Assembly (NCBI RefSeq): GCF_002113885.1
Contig: NW_018480050.1
Coordinates: forward strand, 306,286-370,285
Source of the DNA: Mizuhopecten yessoensis
Lineage: Eukaryota
Direction of reading: 5' to 3'
Length of the DNA: 64,000 bases
The stretch's first letter is position 1. Each line of letters starts with the position of its first letter. Under the pieces are notes generated by a model. The model had not been told where the DNA came from, did no database searches, and saw nothing but the letters and a program-made list of their open reading frames with translations. The position numbers and the translations under genes are program-made. Shown piece by piece: positions 1 through 13,326 of the stretch.

Positions 1-122
1 AGACCTTTGTGTGAAAGCATGCTATAACATTGACCTTTGCATTACAGTTTTAACCTTGACCTTTCTTTACAGCACTTGACCTTTGTACTAAACATGTTGC
101 AACCTTGACCTTTACGTTACAG

Positions 123-3100
123 CTCAGAGCCACCTGGAGAGAATGAGTCGATACTGGCCAATGGTGATAGGGGAGACAATTATCTTCAATATGGCTTCAG
201 TGAGTATGCGCATATGGCTTCCATTGATAGTGGGCCGGCAGTATTAAAACCAGAAATCAAGAACATTCAAGCCAATCCCACTCTAAGGATAGGTTTTGCA
301 TAGTCATAGTCAGATGTTTTTTTCATTTATGCAAACTTATATGGCTTGCAGCAATATTTTGATTTTGGGTCTCGTTCAAGGAATTGTTGTGAAATCCTAT
401 TTTTTGGGGCATAAAGATGTTAATTGGTTCAGAATATGCATATTAAAGCTTTGGTAAGTATTACATCATGAAAATGGTTTTCTAAATAAAATAAGTTTCC
501 ATAGAATCAGAGGACCTCTATTACAGTATGTTTGTTTGTTTTTAGCACATAGACCCATTGCCCACTCTGATTGTGAAGGAGACATTGGATGAAGATGATG
601 TCATTGAGTGTCGTAAGGCCATCTACCATGTCGTTGGAATGGAGAGTCGAAATGAGGCTCTGCCAATCACATCCAGTGGCTCCAGGGCTAAAGGTCCAAA
701 GAGGTAAACTTCATTTAATCATCAAGCTAAATTCATGCAATCACACTCAACTTCTTCTGTACTCAATATACTACATATGGAAGGATTCATATAGCAGTTG
801 CTGGGTCTGTTTTCCAGTTTTTAGATAGAAAAATATTTTCAAAACTGGAATTTCAGAAGTTAATAAAAAAAACTGTTTATGCAATTATGTATAAAAAACC
901 ACATCATATACAAAAAACGTGTTAAGTTTGTAAAACCAATAACTGGTTGGATCAAATGTGAATTTGGCATCATTCTTAGTTCCTGTGATTGAACCCAGCT
1001 AACACTGGACTATTTTGATTGGCTGCGTCATGTTTTGCTCCCTCTTGGCTGGGTTGGTTGATGGCACCACCATGGACAGTCTCCTTGAACACCATCCTCC
1101 ATGAGAAACTTGAACATGATTGAGGCATGAGAATTTAATCTATAATCATTATTGTTGTCATGTTGTTTTATCCCAGCACCGGCAAACATTCATGTTACCC
1201 TTGTGTATTTTTGTCAACCTTTCAAATTTTTCATGGGGAAAACCATGTTGCAAAGTTATTGGACAAATTAATAGTGCAACATGCTATAGTTTAAGCTTCA
1301 ATGAATTCATTACTGAAAACAGAGCTGTTTTAAGAAGTAATTGGTGGAATATAGGGAATATCCTTCAGAAATAAAGATGGCACGTAGGCACATAGTTTAT
1401 GATATTGTGACTGGACACCATAAAGATCTGAGCTAGTTTTAATGAGATAAAAAGGACCTACGTACCACTATAGTGTAGGTCCCTGATGCATTGATGCCCT
1501 TCTTGTTTTACATATCACACTGTATAAACTGTTAAAATAAGTTTATGTAAACATCCTTGTGATTGGACAGGGATGAGCAGTATCGACAGATGTGGTCAGA
1601 GCTAGAGGCATTGGTGGGTGCTCATGCCTCAACGTCGCCCATGCATCAACGCATTCTTGATTGTATCTTGGACTGTAAGAAAACTGACGACTCTAAACCA
1701 TCACCAAGGAAGGGAGAAAAGTCAGTAAAGGAGGAAAAAATGGACGTTGAAAGCCAGGCAGAACAATCATGGAAAGAACTAGAAAAGTAATATTTTTGTT
1801 ATGTTATTTTGAAGCAACACAATCATCAAACCTACAAAAATGTTTTGACCATTATTTTGCCTTTTATTTTGCCTTTCTTCAGTTGAACTGAGACTTCTCA
1901 TTATTAAGAGATCCTCTGAACATATGGACCCCTTACTTCAAGTTTAATTTATTAAGGTTATACCATTGTTTCTTCTGTGAAGTCTTGTTTTTAAGTTCAG
2001 ACACTAGTTTCTGGTTAGAAATCTTGAAATTATGGTCTGTGGTAAACATGTGGAATTCAAAACATCAATAAAAAAAAATCAAAGATTCTGTAGTGTTAAT
2101 CAGTGGCCCTCGAGCTCTCTTCTGTACATGTGTTGATGGGCGGTTAAGAATGCGATAACAATAAGATTTTTCAGAGAAACATACCAGTAGAACATCAAAA
2201 ACTATTAATGCGTAAGAATATGTGAAATTCTATCCATAGATACGAGAAGATGACAGAGAGGGAGAAACAGGATGCCAACAAAGCCGATATTGCCCCACAA
2301 CCAAAACGTCAGAGAACTGGGCTGGAGGGCCCCTTCACACCCACTGGGGGTAACTAGGGAATTTTGTCACTTCAACTTGCTTACTGTACTTCAGACTAAG
2401 TCTGCTTCATAACCATAATTTGTGTTGCAGAGCAAGAATTCATTATGTTACTGTAAAGCTGTGGAATGTTGCACAATTTCTTCATCAATGGGCCAAATAT
2501 AAGACTTGTTGTTCAAACCCTGTATTTCTAAAACAGACATTTATGAAATATAATATATTGTCTTATTCAGCAGTTCTGCACAATTTCTCCCTTAAAAATA
2601 ACAAACAAAAATCAAACTTGTTGTTCAAACCATGATATGTCTTAAACAGTAAATTCTGAAAGATTTTGTTTCTCAAAAGCAGCAGGTCCACAGAACCTCC
2701 TTTCTTTGTGGACCAATAGGATAAAATCAGTACACTCAAGAAGGCACGAGGAGTTCTCAGGTCGACAGGAAAGTGGCGAAGGCATCGCGGAGCTGTACAA
2801 ACATTTAAACGAACCTAAGGAGACTGGGTAGGTATCTTGTAATCAAAAACTTAAGGAAAACAGGGTAGGATGAGTTGTGCAAGCACTAAGAAATGGGGTA
2901 AGCATCTTGTCAATGTCAATAAATTGTTCAAACATATGAACATGAATAGCCATCAAGAATAAGGTTAATATTTTATAGAAACTCTCACGTTTTCTTGAGG
3001 CATTGTCATAATGAATTAACAAACTGGCAAAAGATGAAGTAAAGCATACTTATTTTTACAAAGCTCACCGACTGTGTGTTATAAAAAGAATAATATTCAG

Positions 3101-3490
3101 GACAGAAAATGTAACAAGTACATTACAGACTACAAACATCTGTGAATTTATAGAATAGAATTGGATAAAATGTCTCAACTGTTTTAAGTTGAGAATTTAA
3201 CTTCTAGGACAAAAAAAATGCCTGATTAATAATAAGGATAGAGTTGTAGAGTAATGATAGAGAAATGACCATAGTAACAACACAACTACTTACAGTTTTA
3301 ATTTCATCCTTCCAATTTTAAAATCATTATCTTTCTGGTGGATATACATAAAAACTGCTTTATTGACCCAGTCACTGGTCTTGTTAGGTCATGTGCAAGC
3401 CCTGTAATGGGTATTTCTGTGATTCGTGTAAAATTACTGAAAAATTAATGTCATTTTTTCATTCCTTTCAGGGAACAGACAAAGATATAA
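123..3490 (+). CDS. INTS13: Integrator complex subunit 13 (asunder), 3' portion; the gene starts upstream of the window
   Basis: Exons 123-199, 546-703, 1571-1786, 2240-2349, 2686(or 2683)-2827 and 3472-3490 are all AG/GT-bounded with matching phases. Translation ...HLERMSRYWPMVIGETIIFNMAS/HIDPLPTLIVKETLDEDDVIECRKAIY...KGPKR/DEQYRQMWSELEALV.../GPQNLLSLWTNRIKSVHSRRHEEFSGR...AELYKHL matches the recalled INTS13 C-terminus (RYWPMIISQTTIFN, KGPKRDEQYRIMWNELE, SLLSLWSNRI, HQEFAGR, AELYQHL). Confidence 0.93.
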
Positions 3491-4131
3491 AGTCTTAATA
3501 CAAAAACAAGTTTGGGTTGATCTTGTAAGGAATTTTCCAACATAATGAACTGTGGTAAAAATATTTGGTGTTGATGTGAATTACCCCTCAGGAGGTTGAT
3601 ATTTAGATTACGAAAAATTGTTATCATTTGTTTAGAATGCTTAATTATTCAACATTTCGAATATTTATCCATTTAAACTGTTTGTTCAGATATACAAGAC
3701 TTATTCCACAGCTGACAGAATAACAGAACATTTACAGAACATTATTGAACTTCCCTTCTCACTGACTCTATATTATGAACAAGAATTTTTTTGTTCATTA
3801 CCAGTGAACTGGATCCCTGGAATGCGTCTTTTTAAGTGAATTCGTCTGTTTTGTTTATAAGAAACAAAACTGTTTGCATGGACATTATTATCAGGACTTT
3901 TTAGTGTTCCTGTATATTATGTGTGGCTGACAAAGTTCCCATGTTACAGCCTCAACCGATTTCTAGCAGTATGACTGTCATTTATCATGATCATCTTCTA
4001 AAGAACATCATCTACGAAGGACAAACTAATGTACCCTGAAACAACAATATTGTAATGACCATATGTTTAGTCAGAGACGTAGTATACGTCTTTGGTTTAG
4101 TACATGTTTATGGCTCACTAAACATGAAACA

Positions 4132-4137
4132 AATAAA
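4132..4137 (+). promoter_or_regulatory. Probable INTS13 polyadenylation signal AATAAA
   Basis: AATAAA about 640 nt after the stop, followed by a GT/T-rich tract (gtttgtttctttttttc). Confidence 0.5.
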
Positions 4138-6843
4138 AACATAATTTTACAAGAAATAATGTTTGTTTCTTTTTTTCATAACTTAAGTTCCACAAATTGC
4201 AACATTTTGCAGTAAGAGAGCGATGATACGCAACGTTGACAACAAATACAAAAGATATTGAGTAGGCACTTTTAACAAAACATTTTCAGTCCTGCATGTA
4301 TATGTGACATATGTGTCATTTTTTTTTTCATTTCACACTTGACCCCAGAGCCTGTTCTAAAAATCTTGAGTTTCTGGATATTTCTTTGTGTCTTTATAAA
4401 CAGAGAGTTTCAGTGTCTGCCATGATCATAGACCTGTTTCACTGACATGCCTCCCGAATTCAGCAAAAGACATCTTAGCAACGTATTTTGCAGAACATTT
4501 TCCCCTCCCCACAGTGTCTACAGGACGATTTCTTCATTCTCTTTGGTGTCTCCAAGGTTTCTGTTGTAGTTTTATAGTAATTTTGAGTTGCTGCTTTTGC
4601 ATTGTAATAAAGAACATACAAGATGATGTTAGTAAGAATAACACAATTTTAAAAGCTTGAATACAGAATATTTCCCTCGCTTGTATATTATAAATTGAGA
4701 GTTGCATGGACACTTCCACATACTGTACTATTCTTAGAAGACTATCACTGTCCATATTAGGATAGAAACCACCCTGTAATAACTAAAGTCAGTAGTTTGA
4801 ATTTTTAAAAAGTAATGAAAAACTTCATTAAGGATTTTAAAACATAATTAGACTCATTTGTTTGGACAACATACATGCAAAACATCAGATTATGTTGAAG
4901 TCAATCTAAAGCATTATGTTTGAATAGGGAATATATACCGGTGTTTACCGGAATCGTCTCCTAGAATCGTGTAAAGATTTGATAATAACAAATACCAATA
5001 TGTGAACGATGTATGTAGTATGGTCAACTCAGTTTTACGACACTTTCTATTTTACATAAAAGCACGTAAAGACCGGACAGGGACAAGAATAGTTCACCCT
5101 AGGTCGAGCACCACGAATACCTATTGTAGATATTAGACGTAATTTGACCTAAGCGATGAATAACAGCTGCAATCAGAGAGGGTCATATACACGTTAATGG
5201 TACAATGACAGTGTTGGGGCTTTATCGTTGGTTTGTTGCCACGTATTGTACATCATTCTACCTGTCCACCACTACCTGGTGTAGATGTTAGACTTATAAT
5301 TAAGTTGACCGTTACGATCAATAGCAGATGCAATCAAGGAGGGTCGTATACATGTTTATTGTAAATGTTGGTGCTTTATTCATATGATAATCCCAATAAA
5401 GAGACGCACTTTGTATATCAGGTTATTGTTGTAATTGGGAAATGCTAATAAGGTTTAAAACACAACAAAACACTACATGCTGGCGCAAGTGCATACTACC
5501 GTATGCAGATAGAAAATATCTTGTTTCCATTCATTTGCCACCGATTTTTAATGAAGTTTGTTATGTTTTTCCGTTTTGTTTTCGATGTATCCCAAGTTCC
5601 TGCCGGGTTTTCTATATATTCTGATTGCCGCTTTTGTCCATGTGTGTCAACACTGTGCTTGTCTGTTTCCTCGTGTTGCTTTGTACCAAGTCGGAATTAG
5701 TAAACATGTATACAATTATATTAGTAGGACGCCACGTGCACTGCAATGGTACAAACACGATAACAATAGGCATGTCATTAATTCTATGTCAACCAATACA
5801 ATAAATAATAGTTTGTTTACAACCGTAATTGTACTTAAGTGTACACTGTCTAAATAATAGTGGCTTGACGTGGTCAAGGATATGCTAATAGTAAATGGTA
5901 CTGCTCACAACAGTTTTGTTATTCGAATATGTAATACAGTGAGTTCAAATACGGGGTATTCTTTTGAGACCAGTAGTTATTGCCACCAGGCAAATAGCAA
6001 TACTGGAACATATTAATAGGATGACCAGTCTCTGTCCAATCTATCATGAAGGATTGCATGCGAAAAGTTCAGACAAGCATTCCTATCATTTCAGTAATTG
6101 CCCATTATGTGTCGTATATAACAACATAAACAAGTGATAATCTTACCAGCGTTAACGTTGATACCATAATAACGTTCCGCATACTTCAGAAAAAACCAGG
6201 ATGACTACGATTTTACTTTTTGTTTCAAATGACTGAGAGGGTTTTACTAACACCGTATAGATATTTCTAAATCGTATTGTACCAGAGATATGTATCTTAA
6301 TATAATAAAGTCTGACTGCATTTTTATGTAAATTTCCTCGTTTTTCCTTTCGTTTTTTAATTATCCTTAAAAATCGTACATGACGCTATCCCTTTCTTTA
6401 AATAGACAGATTTATTTTTTAAATGTCAATTATTTGAGTTAGTGGTTTTTTGCAGTTTAATGTTTTCTTCTTGAACATTAACACCGCACACTGCAACTTA
6501 AACGGGGTTGGGGTGGAGACCTGAATTTATCAAACAAACCTTAGTGCATTAATGGAAACAAAAACCCTTTCTCGAGGAAACTTTTTTCAGTTGATGGTCG
6601 CCCGACGGCGTCGTCGTATCACCGCGATGTAACAGACAAGCTATGATGTCCTGGTATATAAGGTAGACAATTAAACGGGATTTTTTATTCAAATAAAGAA
6701 ACTTTTCTTGATAAAGATACAGCTAATATTTCCCACGGGGATGTTTCACATAGTCCGCTGTTGAAAAGTTATGAAACTTAAATAGATTGACAAACAGGAC
6801 TCTTTATTTTCGGGGCACTTTTTTTATTGAATTGTCGATGTTC

Positions 6844-9800
6844 CTAATTCGGTGGAATTAAAACCCTGTCGATGACGTGGATGACACCATTGTTAACAAT
6901 GATATCAAAGCCTTTTATCAAGGCACCATTGATCACCACATTTCCTGAAAAGAAAATAAGAAAAAGATTCCTGCATCACTGAGTAATCTTTATTAGGACT
7001 TAACTGATGTACCCTAGTTTTAGTTTTGGATTAACAAATCGTTTTTCCTACCGTTTTTTTTTTAATATTTAAAGACTGACCAAGATATCTCTCTCCGAAA
7101 TTACGTGCAAAACCTGAAAACTAAGTAATGTAATAATCGACAAAAAAAAAGTGATTGCGCGTTGTTTAAAGGTTTTGTCCTATCTCTCATAGATAAATAA
7201 AATTCGTTAACTACGGATAAGATATAGATTATGGTGATTAAAAGATCGACCTGTTGAGTTAGGACCTATGCACATGCAAAATAATGCATAGAATATAATA
7301 ACAATAATGAGTTACTTGTATAATGATTATAAAGTACAGTTCGTACCTTATTCTGTGAATGCCGATAAAAGCATTTCCTCATTCAAAACATGTAAAAGGT
7401 AATTAAGCTGCAGTGGATACTGTCACCTGTTACGCGCTACTTCAATCATTTATCAAGCATAATTCATCACGTTTTAAAAGCGTTGATAGTTTGGTGGGAT
7501 AGGAAAAGGATATCAGACTGATAGATAGACATCTATGTAAATAGATCAATGTATTTCAATAACGGATTTCCAGGTTCATGAAAACTAAAAGCAAGATTGC
7601 CGTATTATCTTCTTTCCTTACCTTCCATTACAGTAACAATGAGCTGTTTATCATTAGCTGTTGTAAGTCGTTGGTTGTCATACAAACCTTCACTAAAAAG
7701 GGTGTCCGTCAAGACATGATACTTGACCAAATCTGCAAAATTAATCCTTGTGTTAAATTAGTTTGAAATGCAGGATAGTATCATTCAAAGCGCGACAACT
7801 CTTAACCTTTTCACAATTTTTGCTGTCTGTTTTAACTGAAACAGAAATAAATTTTCCTCCTTATTAAACACGTTCTCTAGATAAAAAAAACATACACATA
7901 TTTAGCTATCTTACCGACGAGGCCTGTTTTGTTTAACATCAGCTTTTCGAGAAAACCGTCCGGAAGTTTACCAAAGGCTATATTCATCGGCGCGAATAGT
8001 GTAAATGGTCCACCTTCAACACACACGAAACCATCAAAACAAAATGTTATTGTAATGTACACGTAGTAGATAACATTTGAATGCCTCCTAGATTCTTTCA
8101 CAGACTTTTCCGTGTTTCTCACATAAGACATAAACGGATATAACATGATACATGTAGAGACAAGAATAATGTTCACCTTCAAAATGCGGGTAACGTAAAA
8201 CACCAGGTGAAAACCGAAGTGTCAAAACACTCATACTTGATAACATTTGGGCAGAATATGAACAAAGGAGGGGTTTACATGGATACCATTCAAACATTAC
8301 AGGGAGACTAAGACCAGGTATTCCGGGATTGTAAGCGTGTCAATTGACGACACCCACCATGTTAATCTAGGTTACATCCAAGTAATGTTACGTTCTCAAA
8401 CCAAGAACTGGGGAAGTGACAATAATTCAACAAGACACACTAATGAGCCTATAAAAACATTAATTTGACAAAGAGATAGCCTATTTCTATATGATGGCGA
8501 CCATTAACTTGTTTATAGTCTCCATCAACCTTCCACTGTCGAAGTCTCCTGTTGGTAGTTTGTCTGTCAGCAGTCCACTTCTATAAGCTTCCAAACTCCA
8601 TCCAGACTTTCGAATGGTAAGCTGTTTGTGAAAAGTGTGTGAAACCCCATCTCTGCAGCCGCTTTAAGTTTTACACTTATTTATTTAATAAACTAGTGTT
8701 GTTTCACTATGTAATGTTTTATCGTGAATCTTTTAACATTCATTTCTTACTTTTATTTTGGCAAACATTGTAGGTCTATTTTATGTGAAGCATTTTAAAC
8801 ATTTCTTTCTACAAATTTATACGATGTTAATATTTGTTTTAGTATATTACTAGTTTTATCAAATATAATATCATAAAATTATGTATACAATGATAGGTGC
8901 TGGAAGTTAAAAGGGACATACCAGAAAATGTGTGAAGTAAGTCGTTAGGTTCATTTTGAAAAACGTTAATCTGTAGAGGAAAACTTCAAAATAAACATCT
9001 CTGTGAAATGCTTGTTTTAACGGTGCCTGACACGTATACCTTTGAAGAATTCTGTGAGATTGGCATGCTGTATGACTTCAACGATCCGTGATAATGTTGG
9101 AGTGGTTGTGAGGTATTCTAGGAGGGAGAGTGTGGGGATTGGGTACATCGCTCTCTGAAGCATGTGTACCACGCCATTTGACGCAGACAGGTCAGGAAGA
9201 GTAACGTCCACACCATCAGCTGTGTATGTCTGCATAACAATTAACTTCTTAATTAAAATATATTTATTCTACAAAGTCGACGATATCACAAAGAAAAAAA
9301 TAGTTTGTAACAATAATGCTGTGCACCGAGTATTTTTGTTGATACCTGTTGAAATCCAGTGACCCTATTTTTTTAAATAAAAATATTGGCATATAGAAAA
9401 TAATGCATTGCTACAACTTATGTGGTAATTATTTAAATAAATGATACAATCATCGAAATATAATGCGTTTGTAAATATAGCTAACTTATGTTTTATGATG
9501 ACGTTTTGTATATAGATACAGTTTTAATACGGTTTAATGTTGTAGTTGTGAAGAGTTCAATAAAATCCTACTGTTGTATCAGCAAACAAATAAGCGGTGT
9601 TTAAATAACAGGTAACTAATGGTTTGTTTTTATTCTATCGGAATTTTTATCATTGCATCAAATTATCAGTCTTTCAAACCTTATTGTATCTTACCGTTCC
9701 TATGATGTTCATCCTGACCTTAGTCGCCCCATGCAAGGTAGCAAATGTGACGTCATTCTTAAACTTCTCTGACTCCACTTGCCCCTTGACCACATGGAAT

Positions 9801-10316
9801 GTGAACAGGAAATTCACAAATGTCTTGTTTTTGTTTAGCTCATCGTATACACTTGGGGGTAACCAGTCAAACCCATCGTCTACTGGTGCAAACAATGTGT
9901 AGTTACCTACAAAATTATATCATTATTATAGCAGATCATTACATATATATTTCAATAAAATGTTAAAGCATATAGCATGGTGTGATCTAAATATACATAT
10001 AAACAAATCACATGAATATTAGAACGATTCAGTTTATGTGATGCAGAAGTATGCTTCAATTACACAATTAATGTTCAAACATGTAAGGATATCGAATAAA
10101 CGGTTCAAATTTTCCACTTTCAATGTACACTTCAGGACCACAGCAAGTTTCATGCTTGTTACCTTCACTAAGTAAAAGAGATTCTAGATATGTTCCATTA
10201 AGTAGTCTTCGCAGGATCGTAGCACCGTTCTTAGCGGCTACGTCTAAAACGGTAGTCTGTTCCGAGGTAGCAAGTGTGCATGTTATAAACAGCACGACAA
10301 ACTGTAAAACTTCCAT
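6844..10316 (-). CDS. Secreted two-FAS1 (fasciclin) domain protein, TGFBI/periostin-like, paralog A (288 aa)
   Basis: Exons 10316-10163, 9906-9695, 9229-9040, 8013-7915, 7732-7622, 6944-6844 (154/212/190/99/111/101 nt, open frame). Hydrophobic N-terminus MEVLQFVVLFITCTLA. FAS1 H1 motifs YTLFAPVDDGF and FTLFAPMNIAF, FH/YH motifs, H2 motifs NGVVHMLQRAMYP and [13 protein letters not shown]. Confidence 0.9.
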
Positions 10317-10894
10317 TATCAGAACGATATAGTGCCAGTATGCCAACGCTTAGTAAACAAAGATAGCAAAGGGTTCATGTCGAAGAAAGGTTAACAAAGA
10401 TTATTATTTTTGTCGTGTTGAGAAGTAGATTTTTCGTTAGATGTCCGGTCAATCAAATATGAATAAACAAAACAACAACAGCAACGAAGTATTACAAAAA
10501 TAAATACAGAGATTGTTTCCATTTCAACATATTTGTTAATAATTTAATGACAAAGTTGAAAAGGTTATCAAAGTTGACCTCTGCTATCACTGTACTGGCT
10601 GATAACGCTGTAGCTATACATAGATATAAGAGTTAGTAAATGCGTGTCATTATAAATCGTGTACATAATCAAAGGAAGAAGGATTAGATATTACTTATCT
10701 TTATAGCATCATGATGTACAGATACGATATGACAAAGGCATTTAGGGGATGTTGTTTTCATTTTTTCTTAGGGTAAAATACCATGGACTACAGCATATTC
10801 ATTGTAATACGGTAGATGAATCAGTTTCATATATACCCAACTAAGCCTGCTGTATCCGAGGTTAAAGACGAAGAGGCATCAGTGTGACTTCAGA

Positions 10895-11265
10895 TGTAAC
10901 ACAACACAGGACTTATACCATTGAGTTATATTAGTCACAACACAGGACTTATAACATTGAGTTGTACTAGTCACAACACAGCTAGAAATCATAACATTTA
11001 GATGTATAAGTCACAACACAGGACTTATAATATTGAGTTGTATTAGTCACAACATAGAACTTATAACATTGAGTTGTATTAGTCACAACACAGAAATCAT
11101 AACATTTAGATGTATAAGTCACAACACAGGACTTATAACATTGAGTTATATTAGTCACAACACAGGACTTATAATATTGAGTTGTATTAGTCACAAAACA
11201 GGACTTATAACATTGAGTTGTATTAGTCACAACACAGGACTTATAGCATTGAGTTTTATTAGTCG
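10895..11265. repeat. 36-bp tandem repeat, about 10 copies
   Basis: Unit acaacacaggacttataacattgagttgtattagtc with variants, about 600 bp upstream of the FAS-A ATG. Confidence 0.9.
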
Positions 11266-11972
11266 AATATATTCACGCATTCATGCAAATGTGTGCTTCA
11301 AGATCTTCCTTCGCTGCAAAACATATCAACAATTTTGAAAAAGCATACATCTTTTGTTATTTTCATGAAAAATATCAATGTTTGTCTAAGGAAATACATT
11401 TTACGTTATTACCGTCTAAACAATTTGTAAACAAAGATCTACTTTTAATTGTAAAATTGCAACTAAATGCCTTATGTATTGTATGACTTTGCGGGGTTTT
11501 CGTCATGACAAAATACAGGGTTAAAAGGGTGTATGTTTCACTTCATACAGGTATTTCATTGCAATATGATATCAAAATGATATTTTGGTGATATCCAGGT
11601 GATTTTTGTGTTATTGGACAATCTTGTTTGTATAAGATACGGTACGTGATTAAGATTACTAGACATGACCTAACTAAACGTACTGGTCTGCTTGAGTTAA
11701 TATCGTATTCTGAGATTTTCTTCACAATTCTAAGTTCAAGCAAAACCTTGACATATCTCGCTATACATTAGCGTAACCGGAAGAGTCATGTATAGAGTCA
11801 TAGTAGCACGTGTTATCGTATTCCTACTTTTAAAATGCTCATATTTACTTTCACAATTTTCGATGAATTGGAAACATTCACTTTTTCTGTCTTCCATTTG
11901 TGTGCGTAAAAAATAGAGTACGTTAATTATACCATCTTTTTTTAATTATTTTTGTAAGGGTATTTACATGTT

Positions 11973-12310
11973 CTAATAATAATAATATACATCATTTGAT
12001 ATAGCGCCCTATCTAGCTAACTTTAGCCACTCTAAAGCGCTTTACGGTCCATAGATATACAATTAATACAATTAGCATATACATAAATCGATACAATTTT
12101 TGAGGAATTCGCAGGAGCTGCCTAATCAGGCGCTAACTACTAGTCCTATGTCACCTGGCTGATAATTCCTTATGTGTGTATGCCTGCGTGTGTGCTGTAG
12201 ATGTAATGTGTTCTTTTTGTAGTGGGACCGTGCTTCCAACGGCATCATTTAATCTATAGACCACCTCACTTGAATGCTACAGCACAGATACCGCAACATC
12301 CACTCATGTT
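11973..12310 (-). mobile_element. Degenerate SINE or L2-type tail remnant
   Basis: The minus strand ends in ...aaagcgctttagag...gggcgctatatcaaat...(tta)n, similar to the tail of the SINE at 33864. Confidence 0.4.
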
Positions 12311-13326
12311 CTAATTATTTTCATTGTATCTGACTTGCATTCAGCATGTAGCTGGTCGTCTAACCATTGTTTGACAACAATAAAGTCATGTTACATGTGT
12401 TTATGATCGTTTCTGACTGAACCGACAGTCTAATCTGTGTCTGCCATACCTATATATATGTACCACGAGTTTTTGAGTGTCCTAGACCTTACCGATTGTC
12501 TAGTCAGTATCTGCTATCACCGAAACATGCTCCAAGTGTCTCAGACCTAACCGGTTGTCTTACCAGTGCTTGTTATTACAATGTTCCAAGTGTTTCAAGG
12601 TTCTGAATCAACCAACCGTCTAACCATAATTTTCAATCATTAAATACATACTCAAAGTATTTTTGAGTGTCTCGGACAAAACGCATTGTTTTATCAATGT
12701 TAATTATCACCAATGTCGTTTTCTAAGTGTTTTGAGAGTTTAAGACCGAGCCGATAGTCTTGCCGGTAACTGCCATCATGAGAGCAATGATCAAAGTGCC
12801 TTTTAGTGTCCTAGAACAACAAGTCAGTGTCTGCCATCAGTAAAGTCATGTTTGAGGTACAAATGTATCAAAGATTTTGGTAACCGGTACGTTATCTTGA
12901 ATTTGACGGAAAACAGCGTTAGCTGAAGGAAACAACTACTCTCTCGATGTGCCTGCTTTTATGTCCCGCATATTTTGGTCCTGAAGTTGAGGAGCGTCGT
13001 TTCTGTCCATATTTATGGTGTTTCGTCGATTTCAATGACTATTTTCACGTAGAGGATTTCAATTCTAATGTTGTGTAGACATAAAGCATGGCTTACAGTG
13101 TGCACATTACTGCACGGAACTACCTTATGAACTAACAGCATGACTTATCCACACTGATCTGTATAAACTAGACCAGCTACTTAAACCGTTACGATTTTAT
13201 TCATATGAAAGAAAAATCATCGGTGCATTTGTCTCAAAGAAAGTAAAAACAATTAAGTTGATGTTATTTTATTTACAAATATTAGTACAAAAAGGTTTTT
13301 ATTTACAGTTGCCAAAGATATATTTC

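Noticed and set aside
10982-11338. Cys/Thr-rich repeat ORFs
   Set aside because: Translations of the 36-bp repeat with no splice or start context.
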